64,000 bases of DNA. Origin: Alphaproteobacteria bacterium. Lineage in GTDB: Bacteria > Pseudomonadota > Alphaproteobacteria > MPNO01 > UBA830. Every line of letters begins with the position of its first letter. The first letter of the stretch is position 1. Positions 10,858 through 20,901 of this stretch are shown here, piece by piece. Both the position numbers and the translations under genes were made by a program. The notes under the pieces were generated by a model, which had not been told where the DNA came from, did not search any database, and worked only from the letters and a program-made list of their open reading frames with translations. The stretch lies in the NCBI GenBank assembly GCA_964291215.2, contig OZ219791.1, forward strand, positions 672,001 to 736,000, written 5' to 3'.

Positions 10858-11880
10858 ATGGTGAACCTTCCGGCGAAGCGGCACGATGCGCTGTTCCGGG
10901 CGCTGGTCTCCGAGCCGTCCCGTGCCGCTTCGCTGCTCGCCGACTACCTGCCGCCGGAGGTGACTGCCCTCCTCGACCCCGAGGTGCCGCCCGAGGCGGT
11001 CGAGGGCAGTTTCGTTGACGAGGACGCCGTGCAGACCCAGTGCGATGCGCTGTTCCGGGTGAGGCTGAGGAGCGGCCACGATGCGCGCCTCTACGTGCTG
11101 CTCGAACATAAGAGCGAGGTCGACGCCGGCACGCCGCTCCAGCTCCTGGGATACATGGTCAACATCTGGCGGCGCGAGATCGAGGGCGGTGGGAACAGGC
11201 TGCCGGCGATCATCCCGCTGGTCTTCTACCATGGCCGGGGTCGATGGACGGCGGCGCGCTCGGTGCCGGACATGATCGACGCGCCCGGGGAGCTGGAGCC
11301 GTTCGTCAGGGAGTTCGCCTATGTGGTGCACGATCTCGGGAAGATTGCGCCGGACCAACTGTCGACCTCGCCCGAGGTGCGGGCCGGGCTCCTGGCCCTC
11401 GAGGCTGCCTTTGCCACGGAGATGCTCCCCGAGATTCTGGACACGATAACGGCCGGGCCGGTTGCGGGGAGCGCATTCGAGCGTCATATTGTGCGGTACA
11501 TGACCGAGCACAGGGGCCTGACGCTGCCTCTGCTGGAGGCGTCTCTGCGCCGGACGAAGCCGGACCATTGGGAGGTGCTGATGGGCACGATCGCACAAGC
11601 TTGGATCGAGCAGGGAATCGAGCAGGGAATCGAACAGGGAATCGAACGGGGAATCGAACAGGGAATCGAACAGGGAATCGAACGGGGAATCGAACGAGGT
11701 CGGAGCGAGGCCCTGGCGGAACTTCTTCTTCGCCAACTGTCGTTGCGCTTCGGTGATGTGCCGGGCGCGGCCCGCGAGCGGATTCGCGGCGCATCGGTCG
11801 CCGAACTGGAGGCTTGGGCGGAGGCGGTGCTGACTGCCACAAGTCTTGATGATGTGCTGGCCGCCAAGCCCAGGCACTGA
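10858..11880 (+). CDS. Rpn/YhgA-like PD-(D/E)XK nuclease with IEQG repeats and DUF4351-like tail
   Basis: HDALFR, SFVDE..DALFRV, LYVLLEHKS, PAIIPLVFYHG; C-terminal LLRQLSLRFG..LEAWAEAVL. Confidence 0.92.
   Translation: MVNLPAKRHDALFRALVSEPSRAASLLADYLPPEVTALLDPEVPPEAVEGSFVDEDAVQTQCDALFRVRLRSGHDARLYVLLEHKSEVDAGTPLQLLGYMVNIWRREIEGGGNRLPAIIPLVFYHGRGRWTAARSVPDMIDAPGELEPFVREFAYVVHDLGKIAPDQLSTSPEVRAGLLALEAAFATEMLPEILDTITAGPVAGSAFERHIVRYMTEHRGLTLPLLEASLRRTKPDHWEVLMGTIAQAWIEQGIEQGIEQGIERGIEQGIEQGIERGIERGRSEALAELLLRQLSLRFGDVPGAARERIRGASVAELEAWAEAVLTATSLDDVLAAKPRH
11605..11700 (+). repeat. 8 x 12-bp coding tandem repeat (ATCGARCRRGGW; IEQG/IERG)
   Basis: Directly read; typical of Rpn C-termini. Confidence 0.95.
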
Positions 11881-12384
11881 GCCCGTTGCGGCACGCGCAC
11901 CGGCCGATCATGGTGCCCGGATGACACGCTTGCCATGACGTCGGCGCCCCCTGCGGACGGGGGCAGGCCCCATGTCCTGCGCACCCCTGCCGCGTCCGTC
12001 CCCGGCACCCGGAGTAAGGAGCCGGCGTCACGGGAGCGGGAACCGAAACGGATGGCTGCGCAGGTTTGACGGCAGGCAACCGGAACCATGCTCCATCGTC
12101 ATCCGGTTCAGATCGATTGACCTTCCAAAGTCGGACGACAGATCCAGATCGCATCCAGGCCAAGGAAAACGGAATGCTGCGATGCCCCGGCAGCCGACCC
12201 TGCCTGATGCCTCGTGATCCGCCGCCGCCAGATTCGGCAGGGGACGCCTTGCAGCCGACGTGGCATTTTCTGCATCAGGCGGCCATGATGGTTCCCTGGA
12301 TGCTGCTCACCACCGAAGGCGACGTCACCGCCACCGATGCCCTTGAGATCGTCTCCTTCCACGAGAGGCGATGGTTGATCGAAG

Positions 12385-12507
12385 GTCAGCGGTCGCTCAC
12401 GCAGTGATCGAGGCCTCATGGAACTGAGCGAATGTGGGTGAGACCCGGGACAGTGCGCAGTTGCCAGCGTCATCCTCATCATCGTCACCTTTTGACTGAA
12501 CGCTTAC
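12385..12507. mobile_element. ~125-bp MITE with IS66-type ends (copy 2), truncating an IS4 fragment
   Basis: GTCAGCGGTCGCTCA ... TGACTGAACGCTTAC; follows WMLLTTE..ERRWLIE IS4 remnant. Confidence 0.72.
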
Positions 12508-12813
12508 CCCCGGACAGCCTAGGATTTGATGCGACGCATTGATTTTAGGGACAGCGGGTCACGGGCTCAGGGCCGGCGGCAATTCCGGCTGTCCCGTGCA
12601 GCCAACCTGTAGATGTAAGGAACTCAGCCGGAGGTTGTTCCCCGCCGATCGCCCGGCGTTGTCTCCTGCGGACGGGCAGTGTTAGCTGTTCGGGCCGATG
12701 GAAGGAACAGCGACGCGCCCAGGACGGGTAAGAGAAACGGGATGCGCATTGCAACAGCCGGTCTCGCCTTGCTGCTGGCGGCGGCGGTGTCGATGCCTGC
12801 GGCTTCGGCCAAG

Positions 12814-12920
12814 GTAACTGCCTAGGTACCCGGCCGGGTCTGAATATGTGGTGACGTTGGTCGCCTGGGGGCCGTTTTGAGTGTCGTCATGTTGTTGATT
12901 CTAGGAATCTTGACTCTACA
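12814..12920 (+). mobile_element. orphan IS66 left end
   Basis: Near-identical to 59354-59460 (GTAACTGCCYAGGTACCCGGCCGGGTCTGAATATG...TGACTCTACA). Confidence 0.9.
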
Positions 12921-13340
12921 CCCAAGTTGGCACTTTTTGCGGCCTAGAATTTTTATCGCGTTGATATAACATGATTTTTTGGCGACCTATTTCAACATGG
13001 CACTACATTCTGTTGAATTCCGTCAGCTTGTGAGGCTCCTCCTCGTGCGGCGGGTTCGACACCAGCCGCCGAGGAGATTTCGGCAACCTCGGCGGTGCGT
13101 GTCCTGTCGGTTGACGATCAACGCGCCTGGCGCAGGCGCGTGGTGACCCTGGTTCCGCATGCTCTCGCGGATTGATGTCCAGCACTTGTGGATATCCCGC
13201 GCGGCCAGCGGATCAGATGCACCGCGTGGTAGGCGAGTACGGCGATCAACAGGTGGGCGGCGATGCGCTGGCCGGGCGCAATCCGAGCTCGGATTTCAAT
13301 GAACGGAAGGTGGCCTCGATATCCGTGTCCCGAGCATCCA
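12921..13340 (-). mobile_element. IS1634-like transposase 3' remnant
   Basis: TDIEATFRSLKSELGLRP and RIAAHLLIAVLAYHAVHLIR in shifted frames, followed by an AT-rich end. Confidence 0.75.
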
Positions 13341-13673
13341 TGTTTCTTGGCAAGGTTTTTGCGGGTGTCTGCGGTGATGTTTTCTGTGGTTGTCCACAAG
13401 CGGTGTGGGATTTGCCCTGCGAGCGAGGCGACATGAAGCTTGTGGTCCCGGCGGCGGGTTGCCGTCCATTGGTCACGTGAACGCGGCTACCTTGCCGTCC
13501 CCGGGCACGTGACCGTCCGGGTTCCAGGTGTCCCAAGGCGGTTCGATCTCCTTGATGTCGGCCTCGACGATGACCTGCAGACATTCTCCCCAAGTCGTGT
13601 CGTAGAGGGAGACTGTCGAGACAGTCCCGATCGCGCTCTCGGCAGGGGTGAGGGCCGTGTCTCCTTCGCTCAC

Positions 13674-14620
13674 TCACCGGTGCTTCGGTCGACCAGCAAC
13701 GCTGCTGTCGCAGCAAGGTGTTCGCCAGAGCTTGCGCATCACGGCGACAATGGCGACTTTGTGGGCCTTGCCGGCGGTCTTGTGGCGTTCGAACACCAGA
13801 TCCGCGTTGAAGCGTGCTGCCGAGGTCGCGGCCATGAACAGGAGATCACGTGGCCTCCGGCGCCCGCCTCGGATATGCCGAGCACCGTGGCCATCGGCGC
13901 CACCCCGATCAAGGCTGCCGACGCTGCCGAGTTCGGGCATCCAGCAAAGAATGGCCGCGGCGGTCACTGGATCAAGGTCAGGGTACCTCTGCTCGGGATC
14001 ACCGGCGATCACCGCTTTGATCGCCGCACCGGCAATGCGATCATCGAGATCGGCCGCCGAAGCCCTTGTGACGGTCTCGCCATCCACCTCATCTGCCACT
14101 TGCCTGGCGTCGACAAGCGCGGCGCCAGGAGATCCCCCAGGCAGTTGAGGAAGGCTTCCTGAGGGGCCACAGGCTCGAGATCGCACCGTGCCGATCTTGG
14201 CGTCAACGCGGTTGGCCCAAAGCCTCGGCGAAGCCCTCAACGGGCAGGACAACCTCGAAGCCCCGGTCATGAAGACACTGGTGAACCTTGCGGCGATAGC
14301 GGCCTGTCGCCCACCACACGGGTTACCTCAAGGCTGCGAAGCCACGTGCCCGTGGCGTCGTTCGTAAAACGACGCCCCAGATGTCCAGACTGGCTGACCC
14401 CTGCTACTACCTTGACCATCGTTCCTCGCCTTATGATGATACGGTTCAAACCCAAGCATCCATTCAGGACGCAAGGGACGCCAAAGGAGGTTGCCACGCT
14501 CGGGAACGGCTCTATAAAGCCAAGGACGGAACGGCAGCCTCCGCGGAGATCGTTTGATCCCCGCTCCCCTGTACGTTCTCACACAGGGGAGCGGAATCTC
14601 TCTGCAACCATAGCTCTCCC
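13674..14620 (-). mobile_element. degenerate IS110-family recombinase with ~200-nt upstream non-coding region
   Basis: MVKVVAGV..RRFTNDATG, NRVDA, RHIRGGR..LFMAATSAARFN..AGKAHKVAIVAVMRKL. Confidence 0.85.
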
Positions 14621-14630
14621 ATAGTCGAGG

Positions 14631-14667
14631 TTATCCACATTTTCCCGCCCCCAACTGCTGTGGATGA
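14631..14667. promoter_or_regulatory. DnaA box pair (TTATCCACA at 14631; TGTGGATGA at 14659)
   Basis: One perfect and one single-mismatch box in opposite orientation; function unproven. Confidence 0.45.
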
Positions 14668-14690
14668 TTTCATCATCAAGGGGACAAAAC

Positions 14691-15260
14691 CTAGTAGTAT
14701 AACATTATTGGATTGACGGATATAGTGACTTCAGTTTCGTCCGGGCATCCTTCGTCGTGAAACGCCAGTCGACAGTGACATCGGCTGCATTGCGCCGTTC
14801 CACCCACGCCGCCGTCTCCCGCAGCATGGTGTCGCGGTCGGGAATGCGTCGCCGAAGGCACTGCCGCGACAGCTCGAGATCCCGCATTATTCGTTGGTTT
14901 TCAACGAAATGGAGGAGGATTGAGTATCTGTGCCAGAGTTTCTGAGTTCCCGGCCGGGGTTGTCGTTTGCTGGGGATGAAGCCTGCCACGCGCGCGGTGT
15001 TGATGGCGAAGGCTTCGATGGTCGGTTCCGGATCGGGAGGCGTGCGCGGTTTGCGCTTGTTGCGTTGTCCGTCGGTTATGTAGATGTTGAGGATCGTGAC
15101 CTCATCGCGGTGGGCGACATGGCTTGCCGGCGTGGCGGGCTCCGAGCGTGCGAGGCGCTCGACGGTCCTGATGCGGCATGCGGCGATCGCGTCGAAGACG
15201 AGGCACTTCTTCATGTCGCGCCCATCTGCGCGATCCGGCGCCTGACCCTGCCGTCCGGGT
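14691..15260 (-). mobile_element. chimeric IS4 C-terminal remnant joined to IS630 3' end
   Basis: ARVAGFIPSKRQPRPGTQKLW (IS4) then RQCLRRRIPD..VDWRFTTKDARTKLKSLYP (IS630) ending at CTAG. Confidence 0.75.
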
Positions 15261-15385
15261 GCGTGCTGCGACCGTACTCCCGTTCGGCCAATCCCTCTCA
15301 CTGTACATCGACCCGGATCAGGCGAGAACCCGTTCCGGTTCGCGGCACAGGACCCTGCACCAGCCTTGCTCAAGCGGCTTGAGCC

Positions 15386-16606
15386 AGACGATTACGCAAC
15401 CTGATGTCTGGAAATTGTCGTGAAGCTGATCGAGCTGTTCCCATTTGATGTATGCCTTGGTTTCGGTTTCCCATTTTTCGTCGATGAGGACCGCGGTTGA
15501 GAGGCGCTCCAACGAGGCGAGGTTCGGAAAGACCCTGACTTTGGAGGTGCGCCGCTTGAGCTCTTGCCGGATCGGCCGCTCGATGCCGTTCGAGGTTCGC
15601 ATGCGCTTGCGGTGAGCATCGGGCAAGGTGAAGACAGCGAGCCCCGCATTCTTTTCCAGCCAGGAAGCCTGGATGCTTGTCGCGATAGCTGGCCACGAGG
15701 GCGCCCAGTTCAGCCTCGGCGGTTTGGAGTGAGGAGGCGTGGCTCCGAGCTGTTTTCCGATACGTTTCCTGATGTCGTTGTTCGGTGCACGGCGTTTTGC
15801 GCCAGGTGGAACTGGCAGCGCTGCCACATCGCCGCGCCCAGCACCGTGCCGCTTTCAGCCCGGCATCCGAGACGATGAAGGTCGTACCATGCAGGGCTAG
15901 CAAGCTTTCCAGGAAGGCTCTCCAATGGACCTCGGCCTCGGAGAGCGCCACAGAGAGCCCCGGAACGTGCCTGCAGCCCCTGTTCCGATGGCCGAGAGCA
16001 CTGCAACATCGCGCACAACGCCGTCATGGCGGGCTTTTTCGTAGCGCGCATCTAGGTATTTCATCAGGGGCCGGTTGCGCGGCGAGTTCTTCATCGAGCA
16101 ACCTGGTGGCCCCTGAGAAGAGGACAGGCTCCCGAACTCGCGCATTACATCCTGCCGCGTGGAAACACCCTTGATGTACATCTCGGCTACGGCGCGAGAA
16201 GATCGCTGGCCGCGTTCAAGCGACTGGGGGGTCGTCCCCGTGACCGGCCGTCTTTGGCACCTGAACGGCAACAGGGGGGTGTCGATCCGCTTGTAGCCGT
16301 TGGCCCTGTCGCTCCGGTGTCCGGTGGCCCGCTTTCAAGTACTGCTCGCGCTCGATTTGCATCGCAAGCTCGAAGAGCTGGCCAAAGACCCGCCCCAGAT
16401 CCGTTGCTCCGTTTGCGATCAGATGTTCCAAAACAGTCCCGATCGTCGTAGTGTGTCGCAGGTCCATTCGCTTCCTCCATGAATGTTTTACAACTCCATG
16501 GGATAGCACGATGGCGCCGCGTTTCACTGGGGGGCTAGCCCCCCAGTGAAACGCCTCAAAGCGCAAACCTCAGACAAATTTCCAGACATCAAGTTACAGT
16601 ACCAGC
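15386..16606 (-). mobile_element. degenerate IS256-family element
   Basis: EMYIKGVSTR, YLDARYEK, WQRCQFH, RTSNGIER..ELKRRT; inverted TGATGTCTGGAAATT near both ends; boundaries approximate. Confidence 0.88.
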
Positions 16607-17185
16607 CAGGCCGCGTGGCGCACATCCGAACGCCTCCCCCTTATGTCAGGGCACAGAGAATACGTGTATACACACGTAAATAGTGCCCGCGCGGAAACGA
16701 CCGTTTTGGCTGACCTTCCGGCGAAATTTCGGGTTTGATCTGCTCCCGGGGCCTCCGGGTGCTCCGTTTCCAAGGGGATTCCTGCCGATTCGCAGCGGCA
16801 CAGGGCCCTTCCAACCGAGAATCCAGCGCAATCTGGCTCAAGCTGCGCGCGGATAACGTTTCGCGTGGCAATTCTCGCGAAGTTTTTTGAGAATCCGGCG
16901 GATTCCCGGTCTGATCGGTCAATTCCCGCCCCAAAGGGAGATTCTTCGCCCCCCTATATCATGATTTATCCAATAGAATCTCTCGGTTGTATATTTTTGC
17001 GCAGGCACTAAATGCAGGCCGCCACCAGCGGAGACCGTCTGATCGCCGTAGCGGTTTCGCGTTCTGGCCGGCGACGCCCACTGCCTCGATAAACGGTTGC
17101 GAGTGACGGCGTTCGGGGCCGGCTTTCCCGGTCAAGTATCGGTATTCATGATATGTTGGGGGAGGGGGGTGTTGCCGATTCATAC

Positions 17186-17310
17186 GTAAGCGTTCGGTCA
17201 CGCGGTGACGACTGATTCTGGTCGGTTCCGAGCCTTCTGACAATCTGCCGATAAAACGTATCCTCAACCGGTGACGATCACCAACAATCACCCCGTGACC
17301 GAACGCTTAC
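17186..17310. mobile_element. 125-bp MITE with IS66-type ends (copy 3) and 9-bp target duplication
   Basis: Perfect 17-bp TIR GTAAGCGTTCGGTCACG/CGTGACCGAACGCTTAC flanked by GATTCATAC on both sides. Confidence 0.92.
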
Positions 17311-17340
17311 GATTCATACCGCCGATGGCACCGGAAATGA

Positions 17341-17356
17341 TGTTTCACGTGAAACA
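17341..17356. promoter_or_regulatory. parS centromere site
   Basis: Perfect TGTTTCACGTGAAACA upstream of mnmG. Confidence 0.95.
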
Positions 17357-17438
17357 TCACACGGCCGCGCGCTCCCTGCTCTGCGCCAGGCGCGGCGCCG
17401 ACCTTTACAATGCCGGCCGATCGTTCTAGACAGGGCGC

Positions 17439-19346
17439 ATGTCAGGCTTCGTCTTCTCTCACGATGTAATCGTGGTCGGCGGTGGCCACGCCGGCTGCGA
17501 GGCTGCGGCCGCGGCGGCCCGTGCCGGCGCCCGCACCCTGCTGATCACCCATAGGCGCGGCACCATCGGCGAAATGTCCTGCAATCCGGCCATCGGCGGC
17601 CTTGGCAAGGGGCATCTGGTCCGGGAGACCGATGCGCTCGACGGCGTCATGGGGCGTGCGACGGACCGTGCGGGGATCCAGTTCCGGATCCTCAACCGGA
17701 GCAAGGGACCTGCGGTCCAGGGCCCGAGAGCGCAGGCGGACAGGGCGCTTTACCGAAGCGCAATGCAGGACATCCTTGCTGCCCAGGAGAATCTCGAGAT
17801 CCGCGAGGGCGGTGTCGAGGATCTTCTGACCGGCGAAGGCCGGGGCCCTCTGTCGGTGTCCGGCGTCGAACTGACAGGCGGCGAGACCATCCGGGCGGCG
17901 GCCGTGGTGCTGACGACCGGGACATTTCTCGGCGGGTTGATCCATATCGGGGAACGCAGGATTCCGGCCGGCCGGGTCGGGGAACCGCCGGCCCATGGCC
18001 TGTCCCGGGCGCTCGACAGGTACGGCTTGGTGCTTGGGCGCCTCAAGACCGGGACGCCGCCCAGGCTCGATGGCAACACCATAGATCGAGATGCGCTGGA
18101 AGTCCTCGGGGGCGATGATCCGCCGGAGCCGTTCTCGACCCTCACCGACCGTATCAGCGTACCGCAGGTCGCCTGCCACGTCACCCATACCAACGAACGC
18201 GTACATGACATCATCCGGGCCAACCTGCACCGGGCGCCGATGTATTCTGGACAGATCAGCGCATCCGGACCGCGATACTGTCCTTCGATCGAGGACAAGG
18301 TGGTGCGCTTTGATGGCCGCGGCCGTCACAGGATCGTTCTCGAGCCAGAGGGGCTCGACGATTCAACGGTTTATCCAAACGGGATATCGACATCGCTGCC
18401 CGAGGCGGTGCAGCTGGAGATGCTCGCCTGCATTCCAGGTCTCGAAAAGGCGCGAATGATCCGACCGGGCTACGCGATCGAATATGACTTCGTCGATCCG
18501 CGCGCGCTCCGCCCGACGCTTGAGGTCACGAAAGTCCGCGGCCTGTATCTGGCCGGGCAGATAAACGGCACCACTGGCTATGAGGAGGCCGCGGCGCAGG
18601 GGCTGATCGCCGGCGTCAACGCGGCGCGGGCGGCGGCGGGCATGGATCCGTTCACGCTCGACCGTGCCGACGCCTATATCGGGGTCATGATCGATGACCT
18701 GATCACCCGCGGTGCGCCCGAACCCTACCGGATGTTCACCTCGCGCGCCGAATATCGCCTCCTTCTGCGTGCCGACAATGCGGACCAGCGTCTTACGCCT
18801 GCCGGCATCCGCGCCGGCTTCGTTTCGTCGGAACGCGCTGCGGCGTTTGCGCGAAAGATGGACGATCTCGCCGCGGCGCGGAAGACACTGGCGAGGCTGT
18901 CGGCATCTCCCCGGATGCTTGGTGCGCACGGCATCGCGGCGGCGCAGGATGGGGTCGCGCGCAGCGCTCTCAAGCTTGTGGGTCAGCCCGGCGTGACGGT
19001 TGGCATTCTGGCCCGTATCTGGCCGGCCGTAGCCGGAATTCCGGCGCCGGTCCTGCGCCAGATCGCCAACGATTCGCGCTATGCCGGCTATTTTGACCGT
19101 CAGCAGGCCGACATCGACGCGTTCCGCAGGGATGAGGCGCTGGAACTGCCTGCAGACCTTGATTTCCACCAGATCGGCGGGCTGTCAAATGAGGCGCGTG
19201 AGAAACTCGAGGGTGCGCGCCCGGCCACGCTCGGCGCCGCAAGCCGGATTCCCGGGATGACCCCGGCAGCGCTGACGGCGCTGCTTCGCCATGTCCGGCC
19301 CGCTGGCGGGCAGCTCGGAGCCGGACGGAACCGTGACGCCGCCTGA
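17439..19346 (+). CDS. mnmG: tRNA uridine-34 carboxymethylaminomethyl modification enzyme
   Basis: [51 protein letters not shown]. Confidence 0.99.
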   Translation: MSGFVFSHDVIVVGGGHAGCEAAAAAARAGARTLLITHRRGTIGEMSCNPAIGGLGKGHLVRETDALDGVMGRATDRAGIQFRILNRSKGPAVQGPRAQADRALYRSAMQDILAAQENLEIREGGVEDLLTGEGRGPLSVSGVELTGGETIRAAAVVLTTGTFLGGLIHIGERRIPAGRVGEPPAHGLSRALDRYGLVLGRLKTGTPPRLDGNTIDRDALEVLGGDDPPEPFSTLTDRISVPQVACHVTHTNERVHDIIRANLHRAPMYSGQISASGPRYCPSIEDKVVRFDGRGRHRIVLEPEGLDDSTVYPNGISTSLPEAVQLEMLACIPGLEKARMIRPGYAIEYDFVDPRALRPTLEVTKVRGLYLAGQINGTTGYEEAAAQGLIAGVNAARAAAGMDPFTLDRADAYIGVMIDDLITRGAPEPYRMFTSRAEYRLLLRADNADQRLTPAGIRAGFVSSERAAAFARKMDDLAAARKTLARLSASPRMLGAHGIAAAQDGVARSALKLVGQPGVTVGILARIWPAVAGIPAPVLRQIANDSRYAGYFDRQQADIDAFRRDEALELPADLDFHQIGGLSNEAREKLEGARPATLGAASRIPGMTPAALTALLRHVRPAGGQLGAGRNRDAA

Positions 19347-20043
19347 GCCTGGCGCCGCCGTGACGTCGGCGACCGTCCGGACAGAGTCCCTGAGCCCCGC
19401 CGAATTCGCCCGGGTCGCCGATGTTTCACGTGAAACACTCGACCGCCTGCAACTCTATGCCGATCTTCTCGTCAAGTGGCAAGCTTCCATCAATCTTGTG
19501 GCGCCGTCGACGCTCTCCGATGTTTGGCGCCGTCACATGCTCGATTCGGCTCAACTCGCCGCCCTGATGCCGCCGCCGGACGGCTCGGCCCGGCCGATTG
19601 CGGATCTCGGCAGCGGCGCCGGCTTCCCCGGGCTCGTGCTCGCCATTGTCACCGGGCGGCCGACACTTCTCATTGACGCGGATTCGCGCAAATGCGCGTT
19701 TCTTCGCGAAGCCATACGCGTCACCGGGGCGTCGGCGATCGTCATCAATGCCCGAATCGAATCCCTGGCGTCGGAACCGGTGGGTTGGGCCGTCGACATC
19801 CTAGTCGCTCGGGCCCTTTCGCATCTCGAAAAGCTTTGTTTTTTTGCGAATTTACTGAAACCTCGCTGCTGCCTGTTCCTTAAGGGAAGAAACTGGCGCG
19901 ACGAATTGACCGCCGCCGAAGAACGCTGGACAATGCAGGTTGAGTCCTTTGCGAGCCTGAGCGCTCCATCCGCGCGTGTCTTGCGGCTTGGCGGAGTGGC
20001 GCCGGTCGGAAACGCGGACTCCCGGGCGTCGCCCGCAAAATGA
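19333..20043 (+). CDS. rsmG: 16S rRNA m7G527 methyltransferase (start uncertain)
   Basis: [30 protein letters not shown]; between mnmG and parA. Confidence 0.95.
   Translation: MTPPEPGAAVTSATVRTESLSPAEFARVADVSRETLDRLQLYADLLVKWQASINLVAPSTLSDVWRRHMLDSAQLAALMPPPDGSARPIADLGSGAGFPGLVLAIVTGRPTLLIDADSRKCAFLREAIRVTGASAIVINARIESLASEPVGWAVDILVARALSHLEKLCFFANLLKPRCCLFLKGRNWRDELTAAEERWTMQVESFASLSAPSARVLRLGGVAPVGNADSRASPAK
19422..19437. promoter_or_regulatory. parS site within rsmG
   Basis: Perfect TGTTTCACGTGAAACA. Confidence 0.95.
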
Positions 20044-20073
20044 TGACGCCGGCAGGCAGGTGACAGGTTGAAG

Positions 20074-20901
20074 ATGAGCGGCATCTCGGTCGAGTCCGGC
20101 GATACGCCCCCGGTATCCGGTGCGGAAACGGCTCATGCGTATGTCGTTTCAATCGCCAACCAGAAGGGCGGCGTCGGCAAGACAACGACGGCGATCAACT
20201 TGGCAACGGCGCTGGCGGTTTTCGGCAAGCGGGTGCTGGTGGTCGATCTCGACCCTCAGGGCAACGCCTCGACGGGTTTTGGCATCGCGCATGACGCGCG
20301 TACTGCGGGCACTTACGGGCTTCTGGTCGACGACCTCCGGTTGGCGAATGTTGCAATGGAAACCGGCGTGCCGAATCTTGACATCGTCCCCGCCACCATC
20401 GATCTGTCGGCAGCCGATGTCGAGATGGCGAATATTGTGCGGGGCCAGGAGCGGCTGCGGCAGGCCCTGCGGCCCGCCGTGACCCAGTACGACCACATTC
20501 TCATCGACTGTCCGCCGGCCCTGGGCCTGCTCACCATAAACGGACTGGCAGCGGCTGACGCCGTGGTCGTGCCCATGCAATGCGAATTCCTGCCGCTTGA
20601 AGGGCTCGGCCAGCTGATGCGTACCATCGAGCAGGTCAAGGTGTCCTTCAACCCCGATCTCGAACTGCAGGGGATTCTCCTGACGATGTACGATTCCCGT
20701 AACCGCCTGTCCGGAGAGGTCAGCGAAAACGTGCGCGGCTATTTCGGTGACCGGGTGTTCGACACCGTCATCCCCAGGAACGTCAGGGTTTCCGAAGCGC
20801 CGTCGCACGGCAAGCCAGTCCTTTTCTATGACCTGAACTGTGCCGGATCCCGCGCCTATGTTGCTCTTGCAAGCGAACTTCTCGAACGGGGAAGGCCGTG
20901 A
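20074..20901 (+). CDS. parA: chromosome partitioning ATPase
   Basis: NQKGGVGKTTT deviant Walker A, DLDPQGNAS, IDCPP, IPRNVRVSEAPSHG. Confidence 0.97.
   Translation: MSGISVESGDTPPVSGAETAHAYVVSIANQKGGVGKTTTAINLATALAVFGKRVLVVDLDPQGNASTGFGIAHDARTAGTYGLLVDDLRLANVAMETGVPNLDIVPATIDLSAADVEMANIVRGQERLRQALRPAVTQYDHILIDCPPALGLLTINGLAAADAVVVPMQCEFLPLEGLGQLMRTIEQVKVSFNPDLELQGILLTMYDSRNRLSGEVSENVRGYFGDRVFDTVIPRNVRVSEAPSHGKPVLFYDLNCAGSRAYVALASELLERGRP

Noticed and set aside
11605-11700. Regular repeats as a possible CRISPR array
   Set aside because: Contiguous 12-bp units without spacers, in frame within the Rpn gene; no cas genes seen
16857-16872. Degenerate parS CGTTTCGCGTGGCAAT
   Set aside because: Too many mismatches to the two perfect sites
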